Of a DNA stretch of 64,000 nt, positions 39,684 through 50,302 are shown piece after piece. This stretch comes from Candidatus Latescibacterota bacterium (GTDB lineage: Bacteria > Latescibacterota > UBA2968 > UBA8231): NCBI GenBank assembly GCA_965248265.1, contig CBDFJF010000002.1, positions 2,784,001-2,848,000 on the forward strand. Direction: 5' to 3'. The translations under genes and the position numbers were made by a program. The notes under the pieces were generated by a model. That model saw only the letters and a program-made list of their open reading frames with translations, did not search any database and had not been told where the DNA came from. Within the stretch, counting starts at the first letter, position 1. Every line of letters starts with the position of its first letter.

Positions 39684-41314
39684 GCGCGCAGCATGACCTG
39701 TTGGGGCACTGGCCCTTCGAGAGCGACCTTCAGGATCACTCTACTTCGAAGCTGGGCTCAAGCGCAGCCAATGTTGCCGTCGGCAGCATCGCGGGTGAGA
39801 GTGGGCCGGCAACGGGGGCCGTGTTCGACGGCAGGACGAGCGTAATCGAGGTAGCCGATCATCTCTCGCTGCGACTCGGCGACCGCCCATTTTCCGTATC
39901 CCTCTGGTTACACACCGATGCCGGCGAAGGCGACGTCATCGGCGATCTGGTGAACTGTTACGACCCTGACAAGCGCACGGGGTTCACCCTTTCGGTCACC
40001 AGTTTGAATGGCGTTACCGGTTCACCGTTGGTCAACGACCGCAACCTCCACTTCGGCATCGACGATGGGCGTCCGGATGGGAAGTGGCTCGATTGTGGGC
40101 GACCCGGTGAGGCGGTCAAAATCGCCGCCCTGCATGTTCATGAGGGCGACCTCTTCGCCGGCACCTTCGAACTTGAAGCTGACCAGACGGGGCATATGTG
40201 GCGCTACGAGGACGATGGCCGTTGGCAGGATCTTGGCGGCTGCCCCGACGGTTCCAGCAACGTACCTGCGATCACTCACTTCGACGGTGACCTTTATTGC
40301 AGCAGCGGCCGCTATCGGACCGAGGGTTCCTTTCTCGGCCCAAGGCGCAACATGCGTCCCGGAGGACATGTCTACCGCATCTGCGCCGATGGACAGTGGG
40401 TCGACTGTGGCCTGGTTGGCGCTGACGGCGCCAGACCCAACGACGCCCCGGAGGACAGCCATTACACCGACAAAGCTGACGAGACCACGATGCTGGTCCC
40501 GTTTCGCGGGGAGATGCTGGCGGTGAGCGCCCACCGGCGCGGCGTGTGGCGCTATGACGGAGACACCTCATGGAAACGCATCGGACCTGACGAGCGGTTG
40601 ATTTCCTTCACTGTCTTCCAGGGGCAGCTCTACGGCACCATCAACGGCGGTCCTGTGATGCGCTACGACGGCGATGACGACTGGGCTGATTGTGGCAAAC
40701 CGGCAACGTCGACGCAGACCTACGGTGCCGCGATTTATCAGAATGAACTGTACGTCGGCACCTGGCCCGAGGGAGAAGTCTACCGCTACGATGGCGACCG
40801 CGAGTGGCACCCGCTGCCACCCCTTGGGCTGGAACGTGAAGTCATGTGTCTGGTCGTCTACAACGGCAAACTCTACGCCGGCGCCCTGCCCATGGGCCAT
40901 GCGTACCGCCTGGACGGAGACGAATTCACCTTCGTCGGCAATCTCGACGACTCAGAGGCTGTGCTGCGGCGCGTATGGACGATGGCCGTCTACCGGGGCA
41001 GGCTGTTCGGTGGCACCCTGCCCTCCGGCCGTGTGCGCAGTCTCCAGGCAGGCGCCATGGCAACTTGCGATCGCTCGTTGGCCTCGGGTTGGCGCCATAT
41101 CGCCGCTGTCCGCCGTTCACGCAAGCTACAGCTTTTCGTCGACGGCGGGCTTGTTGCTTCCAGTCCGTGTGACGACTTCGACCTGTCCTGCGACCGGCCG
41201 TTGCGCATCGGCCAGGGCCAGCACGCCGCGCTTTCGGGGGCGCTCTCGGATCTGCGTCTCTACGGGCGCGCGCTCACGGTGCAGGAGATAGCTGAGCTGG
41301 CGACGCGGCGGTAG
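39680..41314 (+). CDS. LamG/concanavalin-like domain split by a beta-propeller insert
   Basis: N-terminal LLGHWPFE..FSVSLW and C-terminal WRHIAAVR..LFVDG..LRLYGRALT; central YDGD..W repeats. Confidence 0.7.
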   Translation: MSAQHDLLGHWPFESDLQDHSTSKLGSSAANVAVGSIAGESGPATGAVFDGRTSVIEVADHLSLRLGDRPFSVSLWLHTDAGEGDVIGDLVNCYDPDKRTGFTLSVTSLNGVTGSPLVNDRNLHFGIDDGRPDGKWLDCGRPGEAVKIAALHVHEGDLFAGTFELEADQTGHMWRYEDDGRWQDLGGCPDGSSNVPAITHFDGDLYCSSGRYRTEGSFLGPRRNMRPGGHVYRICADGQWVDCGLVGADGARPNDAPEDSHYTDKADETTMLVPFRGEMLAVSAHRRGVWRYDGDTSWKRIGPDERLISFTVFQGQLYGTINGGPVMRYDGDDDWADCGKPATSTQTYGAAIYQNELYVGTWPEGEVYRYDGDREWHPLPPLGLEREVMCLVVYNGKLYAGALPMGHAYRLDGDEFTFVGNLDDSEAVLRRVWTMAVYRGRLFGGTLPSGRVRSLQAGAMATCDRSLASGWRHIAAVRRSRKLQLFVDGGLVASSPCDDFDLSCDRPLRIGQGQHAALSGALSDLRLYGRALTVQEIAELATRR

Positions 41315-41387
41315 CTCGAATCATCCGGCCCAGTTTCATAACCGTAGTCATACCGCCGTAGAGGTAGGTCAATAGGCGATGCGCACT

Positions 41388-41421
41388 CTTGACCGACTGC
41401 AGACAAAACCATTATAACCAC
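41388..41421 (+). promoter_or_regulatory. Putative promoter TTGACC-18-TATAAC (copy 2)
   Basis: CTTGACCGACtgCAGACAAaaccaTTATAACCAC. Confidence 0.55.
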
Positions 41422-41499
41422 CATAAATACCCATATATACCCACTGCCAGAACTGTTCGCACTGCCACAACATGAGTCCCCTATAGATCGGAGACTGGA

Positions 41500-43794
41500 A
41501 TGAACACCAATGCCATCAGGGTCGCATTCCTCTCAGTGGTGTGTCTGAGCACCAGTTCCTCCCAATCACACGCAGCAGACGCTGGTCAGATGCCCGACTG
41601 GTTCGGCGCACCTGTCGAGCGCGACCGGCATACCACGTTGATTGCCCGCTTCGACGACGCCGAGAGCTGTGATGCCGATTACGCACGCGGGGACCATCGG
41701 TCCAACGGGCTTTGGTTCGACCCTTCTGTGAACGGCAAGCTCGGAGGCGGCGTTTCGATCGACAAAGGCCAGTCGCAGATCCATTTCTCCGGTAAGGGCA
41801 ACATGCGGGAAGCTCGTGGCACGCTGCAGTTGTGGGTGCGTGGCAAGAAGGGCGGAAACATCTGGAACGACGGCAAGGGTCACTGGTTCTTCTCGGCTCG
41901 GGCCACCGACAATGACCTCCAACTCTACAAACACACGGATAACAAGCTGAGGTTGGTTTGGGGCCGAAGACCGTACAAGGGCGAGGAGAACGTGGTCGGT
42001 TCGCTCGAGGTCCCCGTGCACGACCTGAAACCTAAAGCCTGGCATCACCTGGCGGTTTCCTGGGATTCAAATGCGGGACGCATCTGGTTGGCAGTGAATG
42101 GGAAATGGCGCAGCATTCAAATGGAAAGCCCGATGAATGTGCACGAGTTCTTCCTGGTCTTTCTCGGAGCTTCCCATGATGGCGGCTGGGACAAGAAGGA
42201 CGCGACCATCGCCTTTGCCACCGCGGGAGCAACGCTGGACGAGCTCAAGATCAGTGACATCACTATGCCGGAGATGGTGGCTTTGCACGGCTCGGAGACC
42301 CATCTGACGGACGATCTGGCCATACGGCTCAACGACGCCATCACCAAGCATCTCGATTTTATGGCGATGCACCAGCGTAACGGCGCCTGGAGCGCGCCGG
42401 CCTACTCATGGCCAGCCATGATACCATGCGAGACCAGCTATCGTCCCTTCGCGCACGCTGGCCGCTGGGTCAACTTCGTGCACGGCGCCAACGGAACTCC
42501 TGGCCTGGGCCAGCTCTACCTGCTGGCCTACAAGGTTCTGGGCGATCAGCGCTATCTGGACATTGCCGAGCAGGCCGGTGATTGGGTGGTAGCTGCTCAA
42601 GACCCGGAAGGCTACTGGTTCTTCCGCTACGATCGCCACACGGCAAGCAGGCCGACGATGAAGGGGAAGGAGACGCGGACGGCCTTCCATGATGGGTTGC
42701 AGCACATGCCGGCTATGTTGCTGGCTTCTCTCTATGAGACCACGGGAGACGTGAAGTGGCTGCAGGCCTTCAAGCGTTCGTCCGAGTTTCTGCTGGGGGC
42801 GCAGAATCCGAACGGCAGCTGGTCACACAATTACGATGTCGCCACGAAAACGAGCGAAAATCGCTTCGGCGAGCTGCAGGCAGGCGATTTCAGCAACGGC
42901 ATCATGCATTCGCAGATGACGGTTATGCTGATGGCCTACGGAATCACGGGTGAAAATAAGTACGCGGAGTCTTTGGTGCGGGCCGCCGACTGGATCATCA
43001 GCGCACAGCTGGGGCCGCCGACCTATGGCTGGGCCGCTCACTACAATGAGGACAACAAGCCTTCATGGGGGCGGGTTTTCGAGCCGCCCTCGATGTCTGG
43101 AGTTGGTGCGCAGGATTTGCTGATGTCGATGTACGACATGACGGGGAACGCGGGCTACCTGGAACCGGTGGCCAAGTACGCTCGGTGGCAGCAGGAGAGC
43201 TCGACGGTAACGCTGACGTTTGCCGATGGCGCTGAAAAGCAGGGGAGTTCGCAATACTACGAGATCGACACTGGCAGGGGAATTCGATCGAATAACAAGA
43301 CCATCGTTCACCTGGACGATGCCGAAGAGCGGGCGGCAATGCTAGCGGATCTGATGGCCAATCCGGACAAGCTCTCGGACGAGGAGTTTCGCTGGGTGGG
43401 TCCGCCCGATCCGGATGCCACGGCCGATCACCTCGCCATGAGGCAGGGTGGAGCCAGACCGGAACCGCAGGCCATGACCGAGGCCGAGATGGTCGCCTGG
43501 ATTGAGGAGATGACGCCGAAAGTGGAGCAGATGCTGGCAACGCAGAATGCTCACGGTGTCTGGCCCCGGGTCGACGATCGCATCACCACCATCGGCCAGA
43601 AGGTGATGATGTTCGAGTACAACATCAGCGAGATGCTCACAATGCTGCAGCAATCGAAGATTCTTTCCGGCGAGCTCGACGGTCAGATCTGGATCTACCC
43701 ATCGATCCTGCCTTATTACCATGGCTTGCCGCTGTTGAAGTATCGCAACTGGCGGGCGGGGGCGACGAAGGCCCTGATGTCGATGTCGCACTAG
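41500..43794 (+). CDS. Secreted LamG plus (alpha/alpha)-toroid protein (pectate lyase PL10-like)
   Basis: Signal peptide; WHHLAVSWD; QW-like repeats AQDPEGYW, AQNPNGSW; GWAAHY...GRVFEPP. Confidence 0.55.
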   Translation: MNTNAIRVAFLSVVCLSTSSSQSHAADAGQMPDWFGAPVERDRHTTLIARFDDAESCDADYARGDHRSNGLWFDPSVNGKLGGGVSIDKGQSQIHFSGKGNMREARGTLQLWVRGKKGGNIWNDGKGHWFFSARATDNDLQLYKHTDNKLRLVWGRRPYKGEENVVGSLEVPVHDLKPKAWHHLAVSWDSNAGRIWLAVNGKWRSIQMESPMNVHEFFLVFLGASHDGGWDKKDATIAFATAGATLDELKISDITMPEMVALHGSETHLTDDLAIRLNDAITKHLDFMAMHQRNGAWSAPAYSWPAMIPCETSYRPFAHAGRWVNFVHGANGTPGLGQLYLLAYKVLGDQRYLDIAEQAGDWVVAAQDPEGYWFFRYDRHTASRPTMKGKETRTAFHDGLQHMPAMLLASLYETTGDVKWLQAFKRSSEFLLGAQNPNGSWSHNYDVATKTSENRFGELQAGDFSNGIMHSQMTVMLMAYGITGENKYAESLVRAADWIISAQLGPPTYGWAAHYNEDNKPSWGRVFEPPSMSGVGAQDLLMSMYDMTGNAGYLEPVAKYARWQQESSTVTLTFADGAEKQGSSQYYEIDTGRGIRSNNKTIVHLDDAEERAAMLADLMANPDKLSDEEFRWVGPPDPDATADHLAMRQGGARPEPQAMTEAEMVAWIEEMTPKVEQMLATQNAHGVWPRVDDRITTIGQKVMMFEYNISEMLTMLQQSKILSGELDGQIWIYPSILPYYHGLPLLKYRNWRAGATKALMSMSH

Positions 43795-43802
43795 CCCCAC
43801 CT

Positions 43803-45755
43803 ATGTCGGGCCTGTTTACCTACCGATCGCTCGTAGTCGGCACCCTATTCACCCTCGCCATCAGCGTCGGTTTTACCTACGCGCGGCTGGTGCTGTCGGC
43901 GGCGGGGATGTCGTCCGACTACATCACCGCTGGCGCCATCTTTCTGTTCTTCATCCTGACCGCCTTCATCAATCCGATCATCAGGCTGTTCAGGAGATCC
44001 TGGAGCTTTTCGCGCGCCGAACTGATCATCATCTACGTCATGATGATTGTCGCCTCGGCGATTCCGACTTGGGGATTCTCCGGCAACTTCGTCGGCATGC
44101 TGCCGGCCGTCTATTTCTTCGCCACGCCGGAGAACAACTGGAAGGAACTCCTCCATCCCCACATCAAGAGCTGGATGGTGATTCAGGACGAAGACGCCAT
44201 CCGCTACTTCTATGAAGGCCTGCCAGAGGGAGCCTCCATACCGTGGGGAGAGTGGGTGGTGCCGCTGGCGGCGTGGGGTTCCTTCATCATCGCCATATAC
44301 CTGATGATGGTCACCTGCATGGTCTTGATCCGGCGGCAGTGGATGGACCATGAGCGCCTGAGTTTCCCACTGGTCCAACTGCCGCTGGAGATGATCGAGG
44401 ACGACGGCGGCATTCTCAGTCCGTTTCTCAAGGACCCGCTGATGTGGCTCGGCTTCCTGGTTCCGTTCTCACTGCTGGGCATGACAGGACTCAACCACTA
44501 CTTCCCCCAGGTACCGGAGCCCAACCTCTACAACTACACCAATCTGTTCGGTCCCGGAGGCGGTGGTCTGGAGTTCCTGCTCAATTTCATGGTGATCGGG
44601 CTGGCGTATTTCTTGAGCCTGGACGTGGCGCTGAGTATCTGGCTGTTCCACGTGCTGGTGAGGCTGCAGATGGGGATCGAGTCCCTGGTCGGCCACCAGA
44701 TTCCAGGTGAGATTGAGATCTTCATGGAAGGTACCCTCACCGTCGCGCATCAGGGGATGGGAGCGATGGTGGCCCTGGTCTTGTACGGCCTCTTCCTCAG
44801 CAGGGGGCACCTGAAGTCGGTGGCGCGCAAGGTATGGTTCAATTCGGATGAGATCGACGACAGTGAAGAGATCCTGTCGTACCGGACGGCGACGCTGATT
44901 CTGGGAATCTGCACCCTGTACGTGAACGGCTGGCTCAACATGTCGGGTATGCCGCTATGGGTGAGTGTGGTTTTTCTGGCGGTTGCCTTCTCCATCTTCT
45001 ATGGCCTGTCGCGCATCATCGCCGAGGGGGGTATCGGCTTCACGCGGCCACAAATGACGGCTCAACCCCCGGTGATCAATTTCCTTGGTACCGACGCGGT
45101 CACAGCCCCTGGAATCGTCAGCATGGCCTTTACCTACAGCTGGGCTGGCAATCTGCGGGTACTGGTCATGGCTTCCGTCATCAATTCGATGAAAATGGCC
45201 GAGCGTGTCGGGGTGCTGCGCCGGCCCTTGTTCTGGGCCATTCTGCTGGCGATCGTCGTCAGCCTCTTCAGCTCCATCCTGCTGATTATCTGGTTGGGCT
45301 ACCGGCACGGCGGCATCAACCTGGAAGGCTATGTCTATCAACACATGGGCACCGGCGTCGCCTATTTCGCCGCCTACAAGATCACCAACCCTGCCAACCT
45401 CATCGACCAGCTCGATATCGTCGGTCCTCGCTTCGTCTATACCGGCATCGGTGCGGGGGTGATGAGCTTGCTGATTTTTCTCCGGCACCATTTTCTGTGG
45501 TGGCCGACGCATTATCTGGGTTTCGCCATCAGCGCCACCAATATGACATCAGCCTGCTGGTTCGGTATCATGATAGGTTGGTTGTGTAAGCTGCTGGTGC
45601 TGAAGTACGGTGGGCCGAAGCCGTACCAGCGTCTGCGGCCGCTGTTTTTGGGGTTCATCCTGGGGCAGATTTCTGGCTCGGGGTTCTGGACAGTGCTGGA
45701 TTTTGTTCTGGGCGGGACCGGCAACAAGGTCCCTGTATTCTCGCATCATTTCTAA
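43803..45755 (+). CDS. Polytopic membrane protein (DUF6785/DUF6784-like putative transporter)
   Basis: Many TM segments; RRQWMDHERLSFPL, WWPTHYLG, KYGG..YQRLRPLFLG. Confidence 0.7.
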   Translation: MSGLFTYRSLVVGTLFTLAISVGFTYARLVLSAAGMSSDYITAGAIFLFFILTAFINPIIRLFRRSWSFSRAELIIIYVMMIVASAIPTWGFSGNFVGMLPAVYFFATPENNWKELLHPHIKSWMVIQDEDAIRYFYEGLPEGASIPWGEWVVPLAAWGSFIIAIYLMMVTCMVLIRRQWMDHERLSFPLVQLPLEMIEDDGGILSPFLKDPLMWLGFLVPFSLLGMTGLNHYFPQVPEPNLYNYTNLFGPGGGGLEFLLNFMVIGLAYFLSLDVALSIWLFHVLVRLQMGIESLVGHQIPGEIEIFMEGTLTVAHQGMGAMVALVLYGLFLSRGHLKSVARKVWFNSDEIDDSEEILSYRTATLILGICTLYVNGWLNMSGMPLWVSVVFLAVAFSIFYGLSRIIAEGGIGFTRPQMTAQPPVINFLGTDAVTAPGIVSMAFTYSWAGNLRVLVMASVINSMKMAERVGVLRRPLFWAILLAIVVSLFSSILLIIWLGYRHGGINLEGYVYQHMGTGVAYFAAYKITNPANLIDQLDIVGPRFVYTGIGAGVMSLLIFLRHHFLWWPTHYLGFAISATNMTSACWFGIMIGWLCKLLVLKYGGPKPYQRLRPLFLGFILGQISGSGFWTVLDFVLGGTGNKVPVFSHHF

Positions 45756-45840
45756 GAGGAAAGAGGAGTCCACATAGTGAACGGTATCGCTTCACTACGT
45801 CACCGAGCTCCGGTGACAACTACGGAAAAGGGGAAATGAG

Positions 45841-46566
45841 ATGAATCAGGTATCACCAGAGGTTTTCGAGGGACTCAGGGAGCTGGACACAGCGACCCTG
45901 TTCAACGCCGTAATCGAGGCACGGGGAGCGAGCCAGGGCGGTAGAGAGCTGGAGGGCCAGGGAGGGATGCCCCTGAACTACATGGCGCCGGGAATGCAGT
46001 GCATGCTGCCCCAGCACGGCATGGCGGTCGGCTACGCCGTCACCTGCGAGCTGTCGACACACGATCCAGACGGACCAACCATTCCGTGGTATGACTACTA
46101 CGACTTCCTCGACGAGTCTCCGGGGCCGATGGTGACGATCATGAAGGATGTCGACACCATCGCCGGTCGCGGCGCCTCTCTCGGTGATGGCATGTCGGCC
46201 ACACACAAGCATCTGGGCGTAACGGGCATCGTCGTCGACGGCTCGATACGCGATCTCGCCGGTATCGAGCGTGTCGGGCTGCCCGTGTGGGGGACGGGAG
46301 TAACCCCCGGTCACGGAATCTTGAGTCTGGTGCGCCAGAATGAGCCCATTGTCGTCAACGAGCTCGTCATCCATCCGGGCGAGATCGTCGCTGCCGACCG
46401 CGATGGAGTTGTCAAGATTCCGGCGGGTGACGACGTGGCAAAGGTCGTGGAGAAAGGGCGCGAAATCCTCGAACGCGAGGCCGATTACCATGCCATATTC
46501 GCCGACCCCAATCTGACCTGGGCAGGCGTCAAGGAGTACCAGGCTAACATGAGGAAGAGCAGGTAG
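45841..46566 (+). CDS. RraA family / HMG aldolase-like protein
   Basis: VGYAVT, GDGM, VVDGSIRDL, PGEIVAADRDGVV. Confidence 0.8.
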   Translation: MNQVSPEVFEGLRELDTATLFNAVIEARGASQGGRELEGQGGMPLNYMAPGMQCMLPQHGMAVGYAVTCELSTHDPDGPTIPWYDYYDFLDESPGPMVTIMKDVDTIAGRGASLGDGMSATHKHLGVTGIVVDGSIRDLAGIERVGLPVWGTGVTPGHGILSLVRQNEPIVVNELVIHPGEIVAADRDGVVKIPAGDDVAKVVEKGREILEREADYHAIFADPNLTWAGVKEYQANMRKSR

Positions 46567-46888
46567 GGAAAGGGAGCGGACGATGGTGAATCCGGTTGCC
46601 AACGACATCGGCAATGTACACGTCTCTCAAATTGGCGTGCGTAGTCGATCGCCTCCTGGATGCCGCCAGTGGTTGAGGGTGACGACAAACTCGCGCAGCC
46701 TCTGGCACTCGTCGTCTGTCAGAATCCCCGGCACGACGAGAAACTGTCATGACATCACCTCAATCGCCCCGGTCTTCGTCCCCTCGCCGTCAGGCGTGGA
46801 GGAGAGGAGCCGATTTGTGTACCTTTCCGACCACTCGTTGGAGCCTGCATGACATTTGAGCGACCATTGAGGACTGTGGCGGCAATTT

Positions 46889-48973
46889 ATGGCACCTGAG
46901 CCAGCACTAGCGCGAGTAAAGATTCCCTTCGGCCAGGCCATGCGCATGGTTGGGCCGTATGCGGGGAACAAGATCGTTGAACAGATCCGCAGTATCTCCC
47001 TGATCGTCGCCTACTTGGTGTTGTTCCAGCTGATCGTGCTTGGTATTCCGATCGCCGACGCCACGGTTGTGGCGCTGGGCATCGGTGTCGTCATCCTCGG
47101 CTTGGCCCTCTTTATGGAAGGGCTGTTCCTCGGACTCATGCCCCTGGGCGAAATCTGCGGCATCATGCTGCCCCAGAGGACGGCGCTACCGGTCATCCTC
47201 ATCTTTGCCTTCATCCTCGGACTCGGGGCGACATTCGCTGAGCCAGCGATCGGCGTCCTCAAATCGGCCGGAATTTCGGTGAAGGCATGGAATGCGCCGC
47301 TCCTCTTCCTGCTGCTGAACAAACATTCGGCCATCCTCGTGTGGGCGGTAGGCGGTGGCGTCGGCCTCGCCGTGCTCTTCGGTATGTTGCGGTTTCTCTA
47401 TCACTGGTCCCTGAAGCCTTTCATCTTCTTGCTCTACGCCGCCATCGGATCGATCTCCCTGTGGGCTTTTTACGATCCCAATCTCGTCCATATCACGGGA
47501 CTAGCCTGGGACTGCGGCGCTGTGACCACCGGACCGGTCACTGTGCCTCTCGTGCTGGCCCTCGGAATCGGCATCTCGCGCGTGGCCTCCCAGGGAGAGG
47601 GCGGCACGGCGGGTGGATTCGGGGTCGTCACCCTGGCATCTGCCTTTCCCATCCTGGCTGTCCTCGGGCTGGGTCTGATGTTGCTGCCGGGCACGCTGAG
47701 CCCAATGAGCGATGTCGAGTTCGCGAGCCAGGCGAACCGGACCCAGGCAGTGCAGCTGTTTGACGACGAACGCGAGCTCAAAGGTTACGTCCTGCGTCAC
47801 GGCAGCGTGGGGGCGCGGTCCGCTTTTTTCGGTGACGGAGATGCACTCGACGATGAAGTCGCCAGAATTTCCGGTGATGCAGCCGAGCAGACCGCGACCT
47901 TCGGAAGTCCTTCAGCGTTCGAGCGTTGGCTCCTCACCAACGGCAGTCACCAACAGCGCGTACGCGTGTACGAAACGGAACAGCGCGTGCGCGAAAAGCT
48001 CGCGAAGTTGGCCGACGCCCCGGAAGGTCAGCTGGACACGAAGGAGCTGTTCGCCCGCAACAGTCTCGCCGCAGTACAGGCGATCGTGCCGTTGAGCCTG
48101 CTCCTGATTCTCGTTTTGCTCGTCGTCCTTCGCGAGCGGATCAGGCGTGCTGACGAGGTAGCGCTCGGTATCCTGCTGGCCGTGATGGGGATGTCGCTGT
48201 TCAGCGTCGGTATCGAGCTTGGCCTGTCCCGTTTAGGCAGCGAAATCGGCACCAACCTGCCGTCGTCGTTCAAAGCTGTGGAGATGGGCCAGGAGAAAAC
48301 CGTCATCCGCAACTTCGATCCCGCCATCGTTTCGCAGGCGATCACCCAGGAGGGGGAGCTGCGTGGGTTTTTCACCAGCAAGACCGAAGAGGGCTACGAG
48401 GAGCTGCCATACTCTCCCGATAGTTACGACGTCAGCACCGGCCGCTATTCATTCACGCCGCTTCGGGGTCCGCTGTTCGAGGGTATTTTCGGCGTTTTGG
48501 TGGTCGTCTTCTTCGGATTCATGATGGGCTACAGCGCCACTCTGGCGGAACCTGCCCTGAATGCGCTGGGGGCCACCGTGGAGGAGCTGACCGTCGGCAC
48601 CTTCCGCAAGACTCTGCTCATGCAGGCAGTTGCCATCGGTGTCGGTGTCGGCATTGCCCTCGGCGTCGCCAAGATCATCTACGACTGGCCGTTGATCTGG
48701 ATGCTGGTACCGCCCTATGCCGCATTGATGGTGCTCACCGTCATTTCCAGCGAGGATTTCGTCAACATCGGTTGGGACAGCGCCGGCGTCACCACCGGAC
48801 CCGTGACGGTGCCGCTGGTATTGGCCATGGGGCTCGGTATCAGCGCCCAGGTGGGAAGCGTCGAGGGCTTCGGCATTCTCGCACTCGCATCCGTCTGTCC
48901 GATTCTGGCAGTCCTCCTCGTGGGTCTCCACGTCACCCATCGCCGCCGTGAAGAAGTGGAATCGGCGTCATGA
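46889..48973 (+). CDS. DUF1538 double-domain membrane protein
   Basis: Two copies of ATxAEPA...WDxGxVTTGPVTVPLVLA. Confidence 0.8.
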   Translation: MAPEPALARVKIPFGQAMRMVGPYAGNKIVEQIRSISLIVAYLVLFQLIVLGIPIADATVVALGIGVVILGLALFMEGLFLGLMPLGEICGIMLPQRTALPVILIFAFILGLGATFAEPAIGVLKSAGISVKAWNAPLLFLLLNKHSAILVWAVGGGVGLAVLFGMLRFLYHWSLKPFIFLLYAAIGSISLWAFYDPNLVHITGLAWDCGAVTTGPVTVPLVLALGIGISRVASQGEGGTAGGFGVVTLASAFPILAVLGLGLMLLPGTLSPMSDVEFASQANRTQAVQLFDDERELKGYVLRHGSVGARSAFFGDGDALDDEVARISGDAAEQTATFGSPSAFERWLLTNGSHQQRVRVYETEQRVREKLAKLADAPEGQLDTKELFARNSLAAVQAIVPLSLLLILVLLVVLRERIRRADEVALGILLAVMGMSLFSVGIELGLSRLGSEIGTNLPSSFKAVEMGQEKTVIRNFDPAIVSQAITQEGELRGFFTSKTEEGYEELPYSPDSYDVSTGRYSFTPLRGPLFEGIFGVLVVVFFGFMMGYSATLAEPALNALGATVEELTVGTFRKTLLMQAVAIGVGVGIALGVAKIIYDWPLIWMLVPPYAALMVLTVISSEDFVNIGWDSAGVTTGPVTVPLVLAMGLGISAQVGSVEGFGILALASVCPILAVLLVGLHVTHRRREEVESAS

Positions 48974-48992
48974 CCTGCAGCGTGAGACAGTC

Positions 48993-50108
48993 ATGGAAAC
49001 GGTAAAAGCGGCCCTCGTCACCTGCACCATCTACAATCCCGTAACCGACAAGGTGCTGGACACCTTGAAGGCGCTGGATGTGCAGGAGTATCACTTGCAG
49101 CCGAGTCGCGCCGTCGTTCTCAAGCGTCGGACCGGGTTCCTCGGCATCGGAGCGGGAATCGTGATGGAAGAGGAGCCGGCGGACAAGCTCATGTTCTTCG
49201 TCCCCTTGGCTGATGCGAAGATCGCCGTCCAGGCGCTGGTGGCCGCCGGCAGCCTGAATATCCCCGGCCATGGCAGCGCCGTGTACGAGGAGGTGGAGAT
49301 CTGTCGGGGATCCACCTGGGAAGAGCACTCGCTGACCCCTGTCCCCGGAACAGAAAGCATCGTCACCGAAGAGAACCTCGCCAGCCTGACCTGCACCGTG
49401 CAGCGCGGCCGCGGTGACAGAATCGTCAAAGCCGTACTCGGCCTGGGCGTGCCTATGCCCCATGTCACCACCGGCGAGGGCACCGGGTTGCGGGAGAAGC
49501 TGGGATTGATCAGAGTTGCCGTACCAGCTGGAAAGGATGTCGTGCACGCCGTCGCTTCAGAGCACGAAGCGACCGACATTCTCGGATCACTCGTCGACAC
49601 GGCGAGACTGGACCGCTTCGGTTCCGGCTTCATCTACGAGTCGCCCATTGCCGGGGGCGTCGTCAACAACATGGTCATCCGCGGCCAGCGGCACTCCGCC
49701 AGTATTGAGCAACTGATCGGCGCCGTCGACAAGCTGATGGGATCCACCGACTGGCGCAAACGATCCCTGGGCGGCGACGACCCCACCAAGAGACACAAAT
49801 ATCTCTTCGACCTCGTCAGCCTGACCTTAATCTGCAATGAAGGTCGAGCCAGCGATCTTGTGCGGGCGGCGCTAGCCGCCGGCGCCGGAGGAGCGACGAT
49901 CAGCAAAGCGCGCCACGCCCACATGGATGGCGCCGTCACCGCGGTATCCGCGGCGCGAGAGATGACTGACCTGGTTATCGGGACGGATATGGTTGACGAA
50001 ATCTCCGCGAGCCTGGAAGCGGTCGGTGTGTTCGACGAGGAGACGGCAGGGCTTGTGGCGCTGAAGACTGTGAAGGTCGCCTGCACCCACCCGTTCGTCG
50101 ATCGCTGA
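48993..50108 (+). CDS. Tandem PII-like domain protein
   Basis: PGHGSAV, GEGTG..LG...KDVV...GSGFIY, AAGAGGATI motifs; downstream of DUF1538. Confidence 0.6.
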   Translation: METVKAALVTCTIYNPVTDKVLDTLKALDVQEYHLQPSRAVVLKRRTGFLGIGAGIVMEEEPADKLMFFVPLADAKIAVQALVAAGSLNIPGHGSAVYEEVEICRGSTWEEHSLTPVPGTESIVTEENLASLTCTVQRGRGDRIVKAVLGLGVPMPHVTTGEGTGLREKLGLIRVAVPAGKDVVHAVASEHEATDILGSLVDTARLDRFGSGFIYESPIAGGVVNNMVIRGQRHSASIEQLIGAVDKLMGSTDWRKRSLGGDDPTKRHKYLFDLVSLTLICNEGRASDLVRAALAAGAGGATISKARHAHMDGAVTAVSAAREMTDLVIGTDMVDEISASLEAVGVFDEETAGLVALKTVKVACTHPFVDR

Positions 50109-50302
50109 GACTGCCTCGCACGGCCGCGACGCGTCCACCTCATCGAAGTATAGGTTTCAGCTTCTGCCCGTCCGGCCTGTCGAGAATTCGCTGATTCGCA
50201 TTCTCGATAATCCACTACATGAAACGCGCGTCGTCCTCGGTGAGGGCGGCGAACGGTGCCTCGAGTCAAAGTGACGCCCCTCGCACTCCGAACTAGAAGA
50301 GG

